Below are positions 40,854 through 50,688 of a stretch of DNA of 64,000 nucleotides, piece by piece. Each line of letters begins with the position of its first letter. Positions within the stretch are counted from its first letter, which is position 1. A program made the translations under genes and the position numbers. The DNA comes from Nitrospirota bacterium. GTDB lineage: Bacteria > Nitrospirota > UBA9217. Location of the stretch: positions 768,001-832,000 of the forward strand of contig CAWBNQ010000001.1 in NCBI GenBank assembly GCA_963790205.1, given 5' to 3'. The notes below the pieces were generated by a model that worked only from the letters and a program-made list of their open reading frames with translations, searched no databases and had not been told where the DNA came from.

Positions 40854-41804
40854 ATGATACGGCTGAAGCGAGCGATCGTTTTCACGCTCACCGCGGCGAT
40901 CGCGGCTGCAATCTCTATAACCTCGTACGCCCATGGCGTCGCGGGACAGCGGTTTTTCCCGACCACCTTTGCCGTGGACGATCCCTTTATTTCCGATGAG
41001 TTTTCCGTGCTCTACAATTCGATAAAGATGAACGACGAGGCAGGGGGGCCGCGGATTCAAACTTCGTCGCTTGACGTGGGATATTCCAAGCGCATCCTGC
41101 CCGACTTCGGCATAGAGGTCGATGAATCTTACCAGCGTCTTCGCACCGATGGAGACGGCACGGTGAGCGGCTTCGGCAATCTCGGGGTGAATGTGAAGTA
41201 CCAGTTCTATACGAGCGCCGAGCATGAGACGATCCTTTCCGCCGGCGTGTCGGATGAGCTCGGCGACACGGGAAACCGCAACGTGGGCTCCGATTCCTTC
41301 TCAACGATATCCCCGGCCTTTTATTTCGGCAAAGGGTTCGGCGACCTGCCGGATTCAGCCGGACTTTTAAGGCCCCTGGCGGTCACCGGGGTCCTTGGCC
41401 TGAATTTCCCCTCGCGTCCTCAAACCGTAACGGTGAACGATCAGACGGGCGAACTCGACACAGCACGCAACCCGACAACACTCACGTGGGCGTTCACTAT
41501 CCAGTACAGCCTCATGTATCTCCAGTCGGCGGTGAAGGACGTGGGGCTCGGCGTTCCGTTCAACCGGATGGTCGCGGTCATCGAGTTTCCCATGGAGACC
41601 TGCCTGAACGGGAACTGTAAACATCAGACGACCGGCACCGTAAACCCGGGGATCGCGTGGATCGGCAAATATACGGAGCTGGGCCTTGCCGCGGAGGTCC
41701 CCATGAACCCGCGGTCCGGAGCAGGTACAGGGATCTTCGTCCTTTTTCATCTTTTCATCGATGATCTCTTTCCGAAAAGCATAGGGAGACCGGTATTTCC
41801 GTGA
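40854..41804 (+). CDS. Putative outer-membrane beta-barrel associated with copCD (N-terminal His after signal peptide)
   Basis: Signal peptide then HGVAGQRFFP…DDPF; amphipathic beta pattern; overlaps the copC start. Confidence 0.65.
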   Translation: MIRLKRAIVFTLTAAIAAAISITSYAHGVAGQRFFPTTFAVDDPFISDEFSVLYNSIKMNDEAGGPRIQTSSLDVGYSKRILPDFGIEVDESYQRLRTDGDGTVSGFGNLGVNVKYQFYTSAEHETILSAGVSDELGDTGNRNVGSDSFSTISPAFYFGKGFGDLPDSAGLLRPLAVTGVLGLNFPSRPQTVTVNDQTGELDTARNPTTLTWAFTIQYSLMYLQSAVKDVGLGVPFNRMVAVIEFPMETCLNGNCKHQTTGTVNPGIAWIGKYTELGLAAEVPMNPRSGAGTGIFVLFHLFIDDLFPKSIGRPVFP

Positions 41805-42187
41805 AAAAAACCGCACGATCTTCTGATGTCGGAGCAGCGGCCGCGATCTTGGTCGCGGTGTTTCTCTTCATCATGCCTGCCGCCGCTCAGGGCCACGCAT
41901 ACCCCGACCATGCCGACCCGAAAGTGGGCTCGACCATCTCCGTCGCTCCGACCCAGGTCCGCATCTGGTTCGACAGCGACCTAGAGCCGGTTTTTTCCTC
42001 GATCATGGTTCACACCGCTGACGGCAGGATGGTGGACAAAGGAGACGGGGGCGTGGCTGCGTCCGACCCGACGCTTCTTGAGGTGAGCGTGCCACCCCTG
42101 CCACCGGGCAAATATATCGTCATCTGGAGCGTCGTTGCACGGGACGGGCACCGCACTTCGGGAGACTATACGTTCACGATCAAATGA
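41801..42187 (+). CDS. copC: Copper resistance protein CopC
   Basis: Mature N-terminal HA…, WSVVARDGH and GDYTF motifs. Confidence 0.92.
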   Translation: MKKTARSSDVGAAAAILVAVFLFIMPAAAQGHAYPDHADPKVGSTISVAPTQVRIWFDSDLEPVFSSIMVHTADGRMVDKGDGGVAASDPTLLEVSVPPLPPGKYIVIWSVVARDGHRTSGDYTFTIK

Positions 42188-42203
42188 GGAGAATCCGGCC
42201 GGC

Positions 42204-44021
42204 ATGAACCTTATTCTTCATATTATCCCGTCGTGGCTGGAGCTCGTGTTCCTGGCCTATTGTATCGGCGCTCTTGCCTGCCGTCTCTGGGTCTTCCCGG
42301 CTTCGGCAAATATGGCTCAGTCCGAACAGGGACAGGTCGGCGACCGCGTGTGGCTTGCCCTTGCCGTCGGTATTGTCCTGACCCTTGCAAGCGGCGCCGT
42401 CAACCTGTTGGTGCGCACGGCAGAGATGAGCGTCAGCCCCCTTTGGGAGGCTTTTTCTTCGCTTCCCGCAGTCGTTTTGAAGACACACTTCGGAGAGGTC
42501 TGGCTCATCCGCATTACGGGTCTTGTCCTCGTGCTGGCGGTCGCATGGGCGGGGAGGACATACCGTGATTCACGATTGATCCTGTATTTTCTCCTCGGCA
42601 TCGGAGCGATCGTCGCCATGACCGAAAGCGCTTCGGGGCACGCCGCGGATGCGGGCGATTTCAGCCTGAATGAAATCGTGGATTGGCTCCATCTTTTTGC
42701 AGCGTCGGTCTGGGGAGGGGGCCTTTTCGTCCTGTCGGCAACGGTTCTTCCTCTTCTCGCCCGGGGGGGGGCTGAGGGAGCGCGTTCGATCGCCGGTGTT
42801 GCCGCGCGTTTTTCCCGGATGGCGGGCATTGCGGTCGGGACAATCGCCCTGACGGCCCTGTACAACGCATGGGTGTACGCGGGCAGCGTGAATGCGCTTC
42901 TCAGAACGCCTTACGGCAGAACGATCATCGTCAAGCTCGTTCTCTTTATCGCCCTTCTTATTCTTGCCGCGTATAACCGCTATGTCCGGGTCCCGCGTTT
43001 ACTGGAACTGGCGAACATGCCGACGCCGCGCAGGAATGTTCCCGGCGGCCTTCTCGCGCCTCTTCTGGCCCCTTTCGTACGCGATGCGGCCGGAGACGCG
43101 GACGTCGCGCGCTTCGCGCGGAGCCTGCGGGTTGAGGCGCTTCTTATAGCCGGCGTGTTCTTTTGCGCCGCTCTCCTCCGCCATGAGGTTCCGGCAAAGC
43201 ATTTTTTACACCTGGAACATGCGGGGGTGCACGCCGACCATGGGCGCATGCACCATGCAGTCCCGGGAGCGGAGCCGGTGATACATCTTGAGACGGACCC
43301 GGCAACGATCATTGCCGGAACGCCGGCAACGCTCACGGTCCGCATTGAAGACGGGAACGGCAGGCCGCTCCAGGGACTGGCCGTCCACCACGAGCGGATC
43401 CTCCATGTCGTCATTATCGGCGAGGACCTGAACGTCTTTGCGCACATTCACCCGGAGGATATCGGCCCGGTCACCACTGCGATGGTGAAGAAGGCGACAT
43501 TCCCGGTGCGGTATGTATTTCCGAAGGCGGGGCGATATCTGATCGGTTTTGACTTCGCCGCATCCGATGCTCTCTACAGCAAACAGGTCGTGCTCACCGT
43601 CTCCGGCGGGCCGCGTATGGGGAGGCAGAAGGTCGATCTCTCGCGGTCGAAGAATTTCGGCCATTATCGGGTCACCCTTTCGACGTCACCAGAAGGCATC
43701 AAGGCGGGAGAGGAGACGGTACTCGCGTATCGCATCGAAAAGGACGGAATGCCGGTGACGGACCTTCAGCCCTATCTGGGCGCCCCGATGCACCTCTCCG
43801 TCGTTCGCGCCGACCTCGCGCAGTTCATGCACATCCACGGGGTCCTGCCGGGTGAGGCTCAAGCCCATGAAGACCATATGCACGCCATGCCTCCCGAAAG
43901 GTTCGGGCCTGAGATCGATGCCGATGTCGTCTTCCCCTCGAAGGGCATCTACAAGATCTTCGGCCAGGTACAACACAAGGGCAAGGTCCTGCTCTTCGAT
44001 TTCATGGTGGAAGTGCAGTAG
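42204..44021 (+). CDS. copD: CopD-family membrane protein fused to His-rich C-terminal domains
   Basis: SGHA, WLHLFAASVWGGG, RFSRMA and TPYG..I..K motifs; then a His-rich linker and two HIHP / YLGAPMH…HIH modules. Confidence 0.85.
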   Translation: MNLILHIIPSWLELVFLAYCIGALACRLWVFPASANMAQSEQGQVGDRVWLALAVGIVLTLASGAVNLLVRTAEMSVSPLWEAFSSLPAVVLKTHFGEVWLIRITGLVLVLAVAWAGRTYRDSRLILYFLLGIGAIVAMTESASGHAADAGDFSLNEIVDWLHLFAASVWGGGLFVLSATVLPLLARGGAEGARSIAGVAARFSRMAGIAVGTIALTALYNAWVYAGSVNALLRTPYGRTIIVKLVLFIALLILAAYNRYVRVPRLLELANMPTPRRNVPGGLLAPLLAPFVRDAAGDADVARFARSLRVEALLIAGVFFCAALLRHEVPAKHFLHLEHAGVHADHGRMHHAVPGAEPVIHLETDPATIIAGTPATLTVRIEDGNGRPLQGLAVHHERILHVVIIGEDLNVFAHIHPEDIGPVTTAMVKKATFPVRYVFPKAGRYLIGFDFAASDALYSKQVVLTVSGGPRMGRQKVDLSRSKNFGHYRVTLSTSPEGIKAGEETVLAYRIEKDGMPVTDLQPYLGAPMHLSVVRADLAQFMHIHGVLPGEAQAHEDHMHAMPPERFGPEIDADVVFPSKGIYKIFGQVQHKGKVLLFDFMVEVQ

Positions 44022-44128
44022 CTGCCGCTTTATTTCATTCCTGCCGTATAACTTACCTGTTCAAATATGATTCCCTTTAGAAACGTTGAAATGCGGGTTG
44101 TGATTGTTTTAAAAAACGGACTGTGCAT

Positions 44129-45022
44129 TTAAGATGTGTGAGTAGGTCTTAAACCTCCTCCCGGGAGAAGCTTGGCTGCCAACCAGCCTGTCGCGTAGAG
44201 TACGCCGAGAAGGGTAACATCCGTCGGGCCGACCGGTAAGTCCCATTGATATGCCATCCAGAAGCCGAAAAACGCGGCCGCGCCGCCGACCAAAGAGGCG
44301 AGCACCGTGAACTGGCGCATGGTGCGCGCGTACTGATGCGCAGTCAGTGCGGGAATCAGCAAGAATCCGAATGCGATGAGCGGGCCCACACTGAGCACTG
44401 CCGTTGAGACGGTTAATCCAATCAGTAAGTAGAGCAAAATATCCCAGAAAATGACATTTTTGCGAAGAATAATTCCCATATCGCGGTCGAACGAGACAAG
44501 GAGCAACTCCTTGTGGAACAGCCCCAGTGCCGCGAGAACGAGCGTAAGCGTCGCCGCCGTCAGCACGAGATCGAAATTGGAGATGGTGATGACCTCCCCT
44601 TTCAGCATATCGAGCCAGCCGATTTCACCGTAAGGGTTTTTTGACAGCACTAAGATGCTGAGCGCGGCGGCCACGACGTAAGCGGTGCCGAGCCGGCCTT
44701 CAGGTTGCCCGCGCCCGCGTCGTTCCAGGAATGCCAGGACCAGGATCGCGACCAGCGAGAATGTTATTGAGCCGGCAAAGGCGAGCGCGTGCGCGCTGTG
44801 TGAGCCGTACTCGGTCAGTTTGAATCCGAGCCACAGAGGAAGCGAGAGCGCGATAGCAACGCCGGTCGAGGAAATCTGAGGCAACGCCACCCCCATGAAC
44901 ACCAGCCGACGCATCACGAGAAACACGCCTACGAGCGGGCAAGCGAAGCCGACGAGCACGCTGGTGTACAGCGAGTTACGGAGAAGAAAATCAAAAGAGA
45001 GAATCTGATGAAGCGTTTCCAT
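44129..45022 (-). CDS. Zn/Mn ABC transporter permease (ZnuB-like)
   Basis: GVFLVMRR, VSFD and DLPVGP motifs; operon context. Confidence 0.88.
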   Translation of the reverse strand: METLHQILSFDFLLRNSLYTSVLVGFACPLVGVFLVMRRLVFMGVALPQISSTGVAIALSLPLWLGFKLTEYGSHSAHALAFAGSITFSLVAILVLAFLERRGRGQPEGRLGTAYVVAAALSILVLSKNPYGEIGWLDMLKGEVITISNFDLVLTAATLTLVLAALGLFHKELLLVSFDRDMGIILRKNVIFWDILLYLLIGLTVSTAVLSVGPLIAFGFLLIPALTAHQYARTMRQFTVLASLVGGAAAFFGFWMAYQWDLPVGPTDVTLLGVLYATGWLAAKLLPGGGLRPTHTS

Positions 45023-45023
45023 G

Positions 45024-45737
45024 TCAGCCCATCCCTATTTCGAATATTTCCGCCATTCGTTCGACGGTGAGCAGTTCGTCGGCCGCCCCGTGGAAAACCT
45101 TGCCCTCGTGCAGCCAGATGACTTTCTCAGCATAGTGGCGGACGGCTGAAAAGTCGTGCGTAACGAGCAGGACCGTGATTTTTCTTTCCTTGCCGATGTG
45201 CGAAATGAACTCCAGCACGGCGGTCGTTGCCTCGCGGTCTACTCCCGCCGTGGGTTCGTCCAGCACCAGGACGTCGGGTCGCGTGGCCAGGGCGCGCGCG
45301 ATGAGCACGCGTTGCTTCTGGCCGCCGGAGAGCTCGGCAAAGCGCTTGTGGGAAAAATCCTCCGCGCCCGCTGCGTGCAGACATTCGCGCGTGAAGGCTC
45401 GTTCGACCGGTGGGATAAGACGTCCCGGGCGTATGCGGCCATAAACGCCCATAAGCGCAACATCGAACCCTGTGAGCAGATACACTGGGTCGAACTGGTT
45501 GGATTGAGGGACATAGCCGAATGTGAGCGGTGCACCTGCCGACGCGGTATCGATGCGGCCCGAGACCGGCGGCAACAGTCCAAGCAGTGTTTTGAGCAGG
45601 GTCGATTTTCCCGAACCGTTGGCCCCGAGGATAGCGGTGAAGCTTGCCCGGGAAATGGAGAGCGTAAGTCCGGACAGTACCGGCTGACCGTTGTAGCCTA
45701 TACTCAGATTTTCCAGTGTGATCAGTGGTTCATTCAT
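45024..45737 (-). CDS. Zn/Mn ABC transporter ATPase (ZnuC-like)
   Basis: GANGSGKS, LSGGQKQR and LDEPT motifs. Confidence 0.92.
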   Translation of the reverse strand: MNEPLITLENLSIGYNGQPVLSGLTLSISRASFTAILGANGSGKSTLLKTLLGLLPPVSGRIDTASAGAPLTFGYVPQSNQFDPVYLLTGFDVALMGVYGRIRPGRLIPPVERAFTRECLHAAGAEDFSHKRFAELSGGQKQRVLIARALATRPDVLVLDEPTAGVDREATTAVLEFISHIGKERKITVLLVTHDFSAVRHYAEKVIWLHEGKVFHGAADELLTVERMAEIFEIGMG

Positions 45738-45790
45738 CGTCTGTTATGTGGGTGTCCGCCCGGGGACCGGGCGGACACTTTCTCCCTATT

Positions 45791-46723
45791 TTATTTCCTT
45801 GCCTGCACGGCAGTTACCATCGTATGAACGATATAATCCATCATTTTAATGTACGTATCCGTATTGGGCACGCCGCCCGGCATGATCGGCAGAGTGATCA
45901 TGGTCGCGCCGGTCTGTTCGGCGATGATTTTCGGCACCTTTTCGGGAAACTGCGGCTCGCGCACGACGATGGGGACCCGTTCGGCCTTCATCCGGGTGAT
46001 CAGGTCCTCAATGTGGCGCGGCGTCGGATCGATGCCGGGTCTCAGTTCTATCGTGCCGACATAGTCCATGCCGAAGCGCGCCGCAAAGTAAGGCCAGTGC
46101 TCATGATAGGACACGAACTTCACTCCCTTGAGCGGCTTGGCTTCCTTCTCCCACTCGGCTATCTTGGTGTTGAGCCTGGCGAGATACGCATCGCGGTTGC
46201 GCGTGAATTCCGCCTGATACTGGGGGGCAAAGGCCACCAGGGCGTTGTAGATGTTCGCAAGCGCGGTCTTTGCCAATACCGGATCGAGCATGTAATGCGG
46301 GTTGCCGTAGGGGTGCACGTCGCCCGCAGCGTGTCCGGTTGATTTGGGCACATCGCGCGGGATGATGCCTTGCGAGCAGTCCACGTAGCCGGACCTGTTT
46401 ACCTGAATGCGGGGATTCTTGCTGGCTTCAATCAGCGCGGGCAGAAATGCATGCTCGCAATCCAGCCCCACCAGGACCAGCAGATCGGCCCGGTTCAAGA
46501 TCGGCACGAAGCTCGGTTTCATCGGCACCCCGTGCGTGTCTTCGACGCCGGTGGCCAGGCTGTGGACCTCGACCAGGTCCCCGCCCACGGCGCGTGCCAG
46601 GTCCGCGAGGTCGGTAAGCGTCGTGACAATCCGGATTTTGGCGGCATGGGCGGGCGTCGCCCACCCGCACAACGCCCCGAAGAGCGCGCTTATCGATAGT
46701 ACAATGAATAATTTGGATTTCAT
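45791..46723 (-). CDS. Zn/Mn ABC transporter substrate-binding protein (ZnuA/TroA cluster)
   Basis: EDTH, GDVHPYGNPHY, SYH and ELRPG motifs; signal peptide. Confidence 0.9.
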   Translation of the reverse strand: MKSKLFIVLSISALFGALCGWATPAHAAKIRIVTTLTDLADLARAVGGDLVEVHSLATGVEDTHGVPMKPSFVPILNRADLLVLVGLDCEHAFLPALIEASKNPRIQVNRSGYVDCSQGIIPRDVPKSTGHAAGDVHPYGNPHYMLDPVLAKTALANIYNALVAFAPQYQAEFTRNRDAYLARLNTKIAEWEKEAKPLKGVKFVSYHEHWPYFAARFGMDYVGTIELRPGIDPTPRHIEDLITRMKAERVPIVVREPQFPEKVPKIIAEQTGATMITLPIMPGGVPNTDTYIKMMDYIVHTMVTAVQARK

Positions 46724-46745
46724 AGTATATTTCTCCTTTCCAGAG

Positions 46746-48155
46746 TTAACGCTGCTGCCACCCATGCGAGTGCGCGCCGATGATCCACGCCCATTGCAGA
46801 TAAACAGCATTATCAGAGCGCAGGCCGGATTCAGCGTTGGGTTTGGTGTACGTATATTGAAGGCGCAGCTGATTCCAGTGACTGAGTGCCCATGTCATAT
46901 TCGCAGAGTACGCCGAGGTTTTGGCTTGCTTGTTCACCATGTCCTCCAGCGCTTCATATTGGACTCCGTTTGACCATTGTCGGTGCCACTTGTAAATGAG
47001 ATAGGAGTACATGCCATAGGAGCTGACAGATTGTCGGGATACAGGTCCGCCTGAAGGGCCCACGTCGTATCGGTTGTCGCTGTGGAGCACTTCCGTGCCC
47101 CACGTGATGGTCTGGAACTGATTGTTGCGAAGAGGCTTCCAGCTCAGCACCAGGTCCGCTCCCACGAGGCGCCGCTCGCGTTCGGTCAACGTGCTGCCGC
47201 CTACGGTTGGAAACAATGGATTAGCAGGGTCGGGCGCCCACTGCGCAGTCGTCTTCGGGTTCCACAGGCCAGAAATGCCGGGTTCGAGCGAAATATCCGG
47301 CGTCAGGTCGAAATACGTGGACAAGCGGCCCCAATAGTTCAATCCACTCCCCTGACGGAAATCTCCGGCGAAGTTCGGGGGGTTATCACCGCCGAACTGA
47401 TCACCCGCGCCGAGCGTCAGGCTGATGTAGTGCTCGACCGGCACGAGCCAATTAACCTGCAACCCGTCCGTCCTCGACTCGCCGCCGATGTATTGCGCGA
47501 GTACGAGCGGTCGATTCACAAAGGGCAGCTCATGATCGTGGATGTAGCCCAGGCGACCGAATTCGCCGAAGAACCGTCCCGCCTTCACCTCCAGGTTCCC
47601 CGGCAGTGCCGTTGTCTGGATCGCGGCCTCTTCGATTCCCCAGCTCTCTTCGCCGGTGACCGGGTCGGCTGAACCGTTGACCACCACATAGCCCTTCGTG
47701 AACGGGTCCACTGACGCGGCTGCGTTCAGCTCCACCGAACGTTGAAATATATCATACCCCCCGGGACGGTCGCTGCCCGTCTCCGCGGACCCTTTACTGC
47801 GATAGGAGAAGATCGTCTCACCCACGAGCCCGATGGCCGGGTTGAACTCGCTCGGCAGGACTTTCCTTTGCGCTTCGGCCACTTGATCAACCTTCTCGTT
47901 CAGCTCCTGGACCTTCTGCTGGAGTTCTTGGTCTGTTTGCTGCTGCGTCTGGCCCTGTTGAGGCGCCTGGTCCTTTTGCTTTGAGATATTTTTTTTCAAT
48001 GAATCTATGGTATTTTGTTGTTCTTCAATGGTCTTTGACTGGTTTTGTACCGTGTCTTCAAGCTTCTGGAGCCGCTCCGCCGTATCGTCGGCAAAAACTG
48101 CCCGGCTGAACGAGCAGAAAGTAAGAATGCAGAGGATGCACAATACTCGTTTCAT
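46746..48155 (-). CDS. Zinc-uptake-associated outer-membrane barrel/porin with N-terminal coiled coil
   Basis: FNPAIG, SVDP, HDHELPFV and C-terminal IGAHSHGW motifs; first gene of the metal ABC operon. Confidence 0.75.
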   Translation of the reverse strand: MKRVLCILCILTFCSFSRAVFADDTAERLQKLEDTVQNQSKTIEEQQNTIDSLKKNISKQKDQAPQQGQTQQQTDQELQQKVQELNEKVDQVAEAQRKVLPSEFNPAIGLVGETIFSYRSKGSAETGSDRPGGYDIFQRSVELNAAASVDPFTKGYVVVNGSADPVTGEESWGIEEAAIQTTALPGNLEVKAGRFFGEFGRLGYIHDHELPFVNRPLVLAQYIGGESRTDGLQVNWLVPVEHYISLTLGAGDQFGGDNPPNFAGDFRQGSGLNYWGRLSTYFDLTPDISLEPGISGLWNPKTTAQWAPDPANPLFPTVGGSTLTERERRLVGADLVLSWKPLRNNQFQTITWGTEVLHSDNRYDVGPSGGPVSRQSVSSYGMYSYLIYKWHRQWSNGVQYEALEDMVNKQAKTSAYSANMTWALSHWNQLRLQYTYTKPNAESGLRSDNAVYLQWAWIIGAHSHGWQQR

Positions 48156-48349
48156 AAGGCCCTCCATGGATGATTGATTATGCGCGTAAATGGATCGAGC
48201 AGGCCCCTTATTGCGTTCGGACGCAATTTTTCCGAAATGATATAACTATTACGGAAAGATTAAGAAGGAGCTTCCCCTCACGATCAAGCGAAGATCGATA
48301 GGGAAGTCCCGCTCTTACCATTAGATTGTGAGCTGCAATTTGTGGGTAT

Positions 48350-48619
48350 TTACACAGGGGGTGCGCGATTGCGCAGGGAATAGGAAAAGAGATTGCCGGT
48401 AAGGGCCGGAGCGGATGCAATAAAGGTTATTTCGGTAAAACAGGGGACGCCGTCAACGGCAGTGAAAGAGTGGCTGGTTGCGGGCACATGATTAATTGCA
48501 ATACAGATGGGGCAGTCGTGGTCGTCCGCCGTATTTTCATGGTGATGCGATACCACCACGAACGTGGAAGCAAGAAAAATCAGAATGAGAAAAACAGTAA
48601 TGCGTTTGTTCCAGAGCAT
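48350..48619 (-). CDS. DUF2946-like small protein (TM helix, HHH, CPIC, C-terminal RAPP)
   Basis: …SHHHENTADDHDCPIC…LRNRAPPV*. Confidence 0.8.
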   Translation of the reverse strand: MLWNKRITVFLILIFLASTFVVVSHHHENTADDHDCPICIAINHVPATSHSFTAVDGVPCFTEITFIASAPALTGNLFSYSLRNRAPPV

Positions 48620-48642
48620 GGAGCCCCTTTCGCTTGATAATG

Positions 48643-48671
48643 AGTCTAAACTATGCCGATGAATTTGTCAA
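48643..48671 (-). promoter_or_regulatory. Sigma70-type promoter of DUF2946-like copy 1
   Basis: TTGACA-N17-TAGACT; paralogous to 50258-50286. Confidence 0.65.
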
Positions 48672-48782
48672 GATTTTGTATCCGGAGTGCTTCCGAACAT
48701 GTCATCCTGGGGGTTTTGAAGTGAATCGCTGGAATTAATAGTGCGGAAATGGTGATTAAAAAATAGGGTTTGCGTCCAGACA

Positions 48783-49718
48783 CTAGTTCAGGTAGCGAAC
48801 CGGATTAACAGGCAGGCCGTTGAGCCGGACCTCGTAATGCACATGAGGCCCGGTACTCGACCCGGTATTCCCGGAATACGAGATTATGTCGCCACGCTTC
48901 ACGTGCTGTCCCGGTTTGACGTTTAACCGGGAATTGTGGCCGAAAACGGTCTTAAGACCGTATCCGTGGCTGAGCTCGACCACGTTGCCGTAGCCGGATT
49001 CGAAACCCGCTTTGATAACCACCCCGTCGGCGGGTGCGAGCACGGGGGTGCCGATTTGGGCCGCAATGTCGATGCCCTCATGAAATTGTAACTTGCCGTT
49101 GATCGGAGATATCCTGCTGCCGAACGGAGAAGTGACCCATCCTCGGACCGGCCAGACCGCGGGAGTCGAAGCATAGAGCGAACGTTTGTCCTCAAAGTAT
49201 TCGATCAGGGTCTGCAGGCTCGTCTCCTGCTTCGAAGCCGCCCCCTGGAGCTGAGTCAATTCCTGATGCATTTCCTTGAGCGCCTCGTCCTGTTTCTTTT
49301 CACCGATTGCGGCAAGGTTCTGAAGCCCGAGTTCATCCCGGCCCCCGATACCGAGGAGCAGCTGCGGCTTATCGCGGGGCCTGAGATTTACGGCCCGCCG
49401 CAGCTTCGTGTCCAGGTCGCGGATCAGGAACATCTGGCGTTTATAATCGATCAGGTTGAGGGCGAAGTTCTGGACCCGGGCCTTCTGCTGCATGAGTTCC
49501 TCGCTCATGGACTGCAGTTCAGATACTTTCTCTTGGACGTCATTATATTCATAAAGAAGATAGACTGAAAGGACAAGTGCTCCGGCAAGAAAGAGAAGGG
49601 CAGACTTAATCACTGATTTGGAAATGCTCAGGGTCCTGACGCGCGCATTGGGACCGGGAAGGAACATAAAAGTAACATATTCTTTTTTTCTAACATTTCT
49701 TGAATTCCTACCCCGCAT
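48783..49718 (-). CDS. M23-family peptidoglycan endopeptidase with TM anchor and coiled coil
   Basis: WPVRG.VTS.FG, HEGID, GYGN and STGPHVHYE motifs. Confidence 0.93.
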   Translation of the reverse strand: MRGRNSRNVRKKEYVTFMFLPGPNARVRTLSISKSVIKSALLFLAGALVLSVYLLYEYNDVQEKVSELQSMSEELMQQKARVQNFALNLIDYKRQMFLIRDLDTKLRRAVNLRPRDKPQLLLGIGGRDELGLQNLAAIGEKKQDEALKEMHQELTQLQGAASKQETSLQTLIEYFEDKRSLYASTPAVWPVRGWVTSPFGSRISPINGKLQFHEGIDIAAQIGTPVLAPADGVVIKAGFESGYGNVVELSHGYGLKTVFGHNSRLNVKPGQHVKRGDIISYSGNTGSSTGPHVHYEVRLNGLPVNPVRYLN

Positions 49719-49964
49719 GCTTCCTCCTAAAGCAAACAACCGGTTAATGATTTGTTCCCCATCGTGTTATCAACGACATGAACCTAGTCTCCTTAAACAG
49801 AGCTTCTCATTTGCCGGCGCTCTTTAGCTTTTCGCACTGAAGAGAGACCGTTTACGCTTCTTCAACTGCAATGGACGCTATGATTTCTTCCCGGCCGAGC
49901 GAAGAGCGATAGGGAAGTCCAGCTCTTACCACATTAGATTGCAAGACGCAAATGTGGCGGGCGA

Positions 49965-50234
49965 TTACACAGGGGGAGCGTGATTGCGCAGGGAGTAGAA
50001 AAAGAGATTACCGGTAAATACAGGCGAGAGAGCGGCAACTGTTGCTTGCGTGAAACCGGGGACGTTATCAAAAACGGCCGCCCACTGGCTGGTTGCGGGC
50101 AGATGATCAATTGCAACACAGATGGGACAGCCGTGGCTGTCAGCCGTATTTTCATGGTGGTGCGATACAGCCATGAACGTGGAAACAAGGAGAATCAGTA
50201 TTAGGAATGTGGAAATTCGACAACGGCTGATCAT
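49965..50234 (-). CDS. DUF2946-like small protein, paralog with C-terminal HAPP
   Basis: …SHHHENTADSHGCPIC…LRNHAPPV*; same length as 48350-48619. Confidence 0.78.
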   Translation of the reverse strand: MISRCRISTFLILILLVSTFMAVSHHHENTADSHGCPICVAIDHLPATSQWAAVFDNVPGFTQATVAALSPVFTGNLFFYSLRNHAPPV

Positions 50235-50257
50235 AGTTTTCCTTTCACCCAAAACAA

Positions 50258-50286
50258 AGATTACTTCTTGTAGTTGAATTTGTCAA
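50258..50286 (-). promoter_or_regulatory. Sigma70-type promoter of DUF2946-like copy 2
   Basis: TTGACA-N17-TAATCT. Confidence 0.65.
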
Positions 50287-50403
50287 GAAGTTGTTTAAAA
50301 AATGCCGTCAGAAGACAAGCATTGTCGGTGTTTCAAATGCCGGACAACGCAAAATTATAACTTTACGTTGACACCCACATGAAGCGGCACTTATATTGCC
50401 GGT

Positions 50404-50688
50404 ATGAGATGGACAGTCTTACTTGTTCTCGTGGCGGTTCTATCCGGGATCTGTTCTCCTCAAGCCGCGAAAATATACGTCATTCGAGACGGCCACCTGA
50501 TGATCGGCCCACGTGACGTTAGCCGCTCGGCGGCGCCAGTCCTCGCTGCGCATGGCGATGTGCCGTGCCTGAAGACAGGCGCCTGCATCCAGATTCCCGC
50601 GTCACTAATCGCTTATACGAACATTCTTGATCCGGTTTTTCCTCAATTGCTCTTTCCACAACAAAATGACCAGCCTCCGAAAGCGTAG
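50404..50688 (+). CDS. Small exported protein ending DQPPKA (divergent DUF2946-like leader?)
   Basis: Signal/TM N-terminus, CxxxxxC, C-terminal PP; directly upstream of an OM barrel gene; TTGACA…TATATT promoter 6 nt before ATG. Confidence 0.55.
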   Translation: MRWTVLLVLVAVLSGICSPQAAKIYVIRDGHLMIGPRDVSRSAAPVLAAHGDVPCLKTGACIQIPASLIAYTNILDPVFPQLLFPQQNDQPPKA

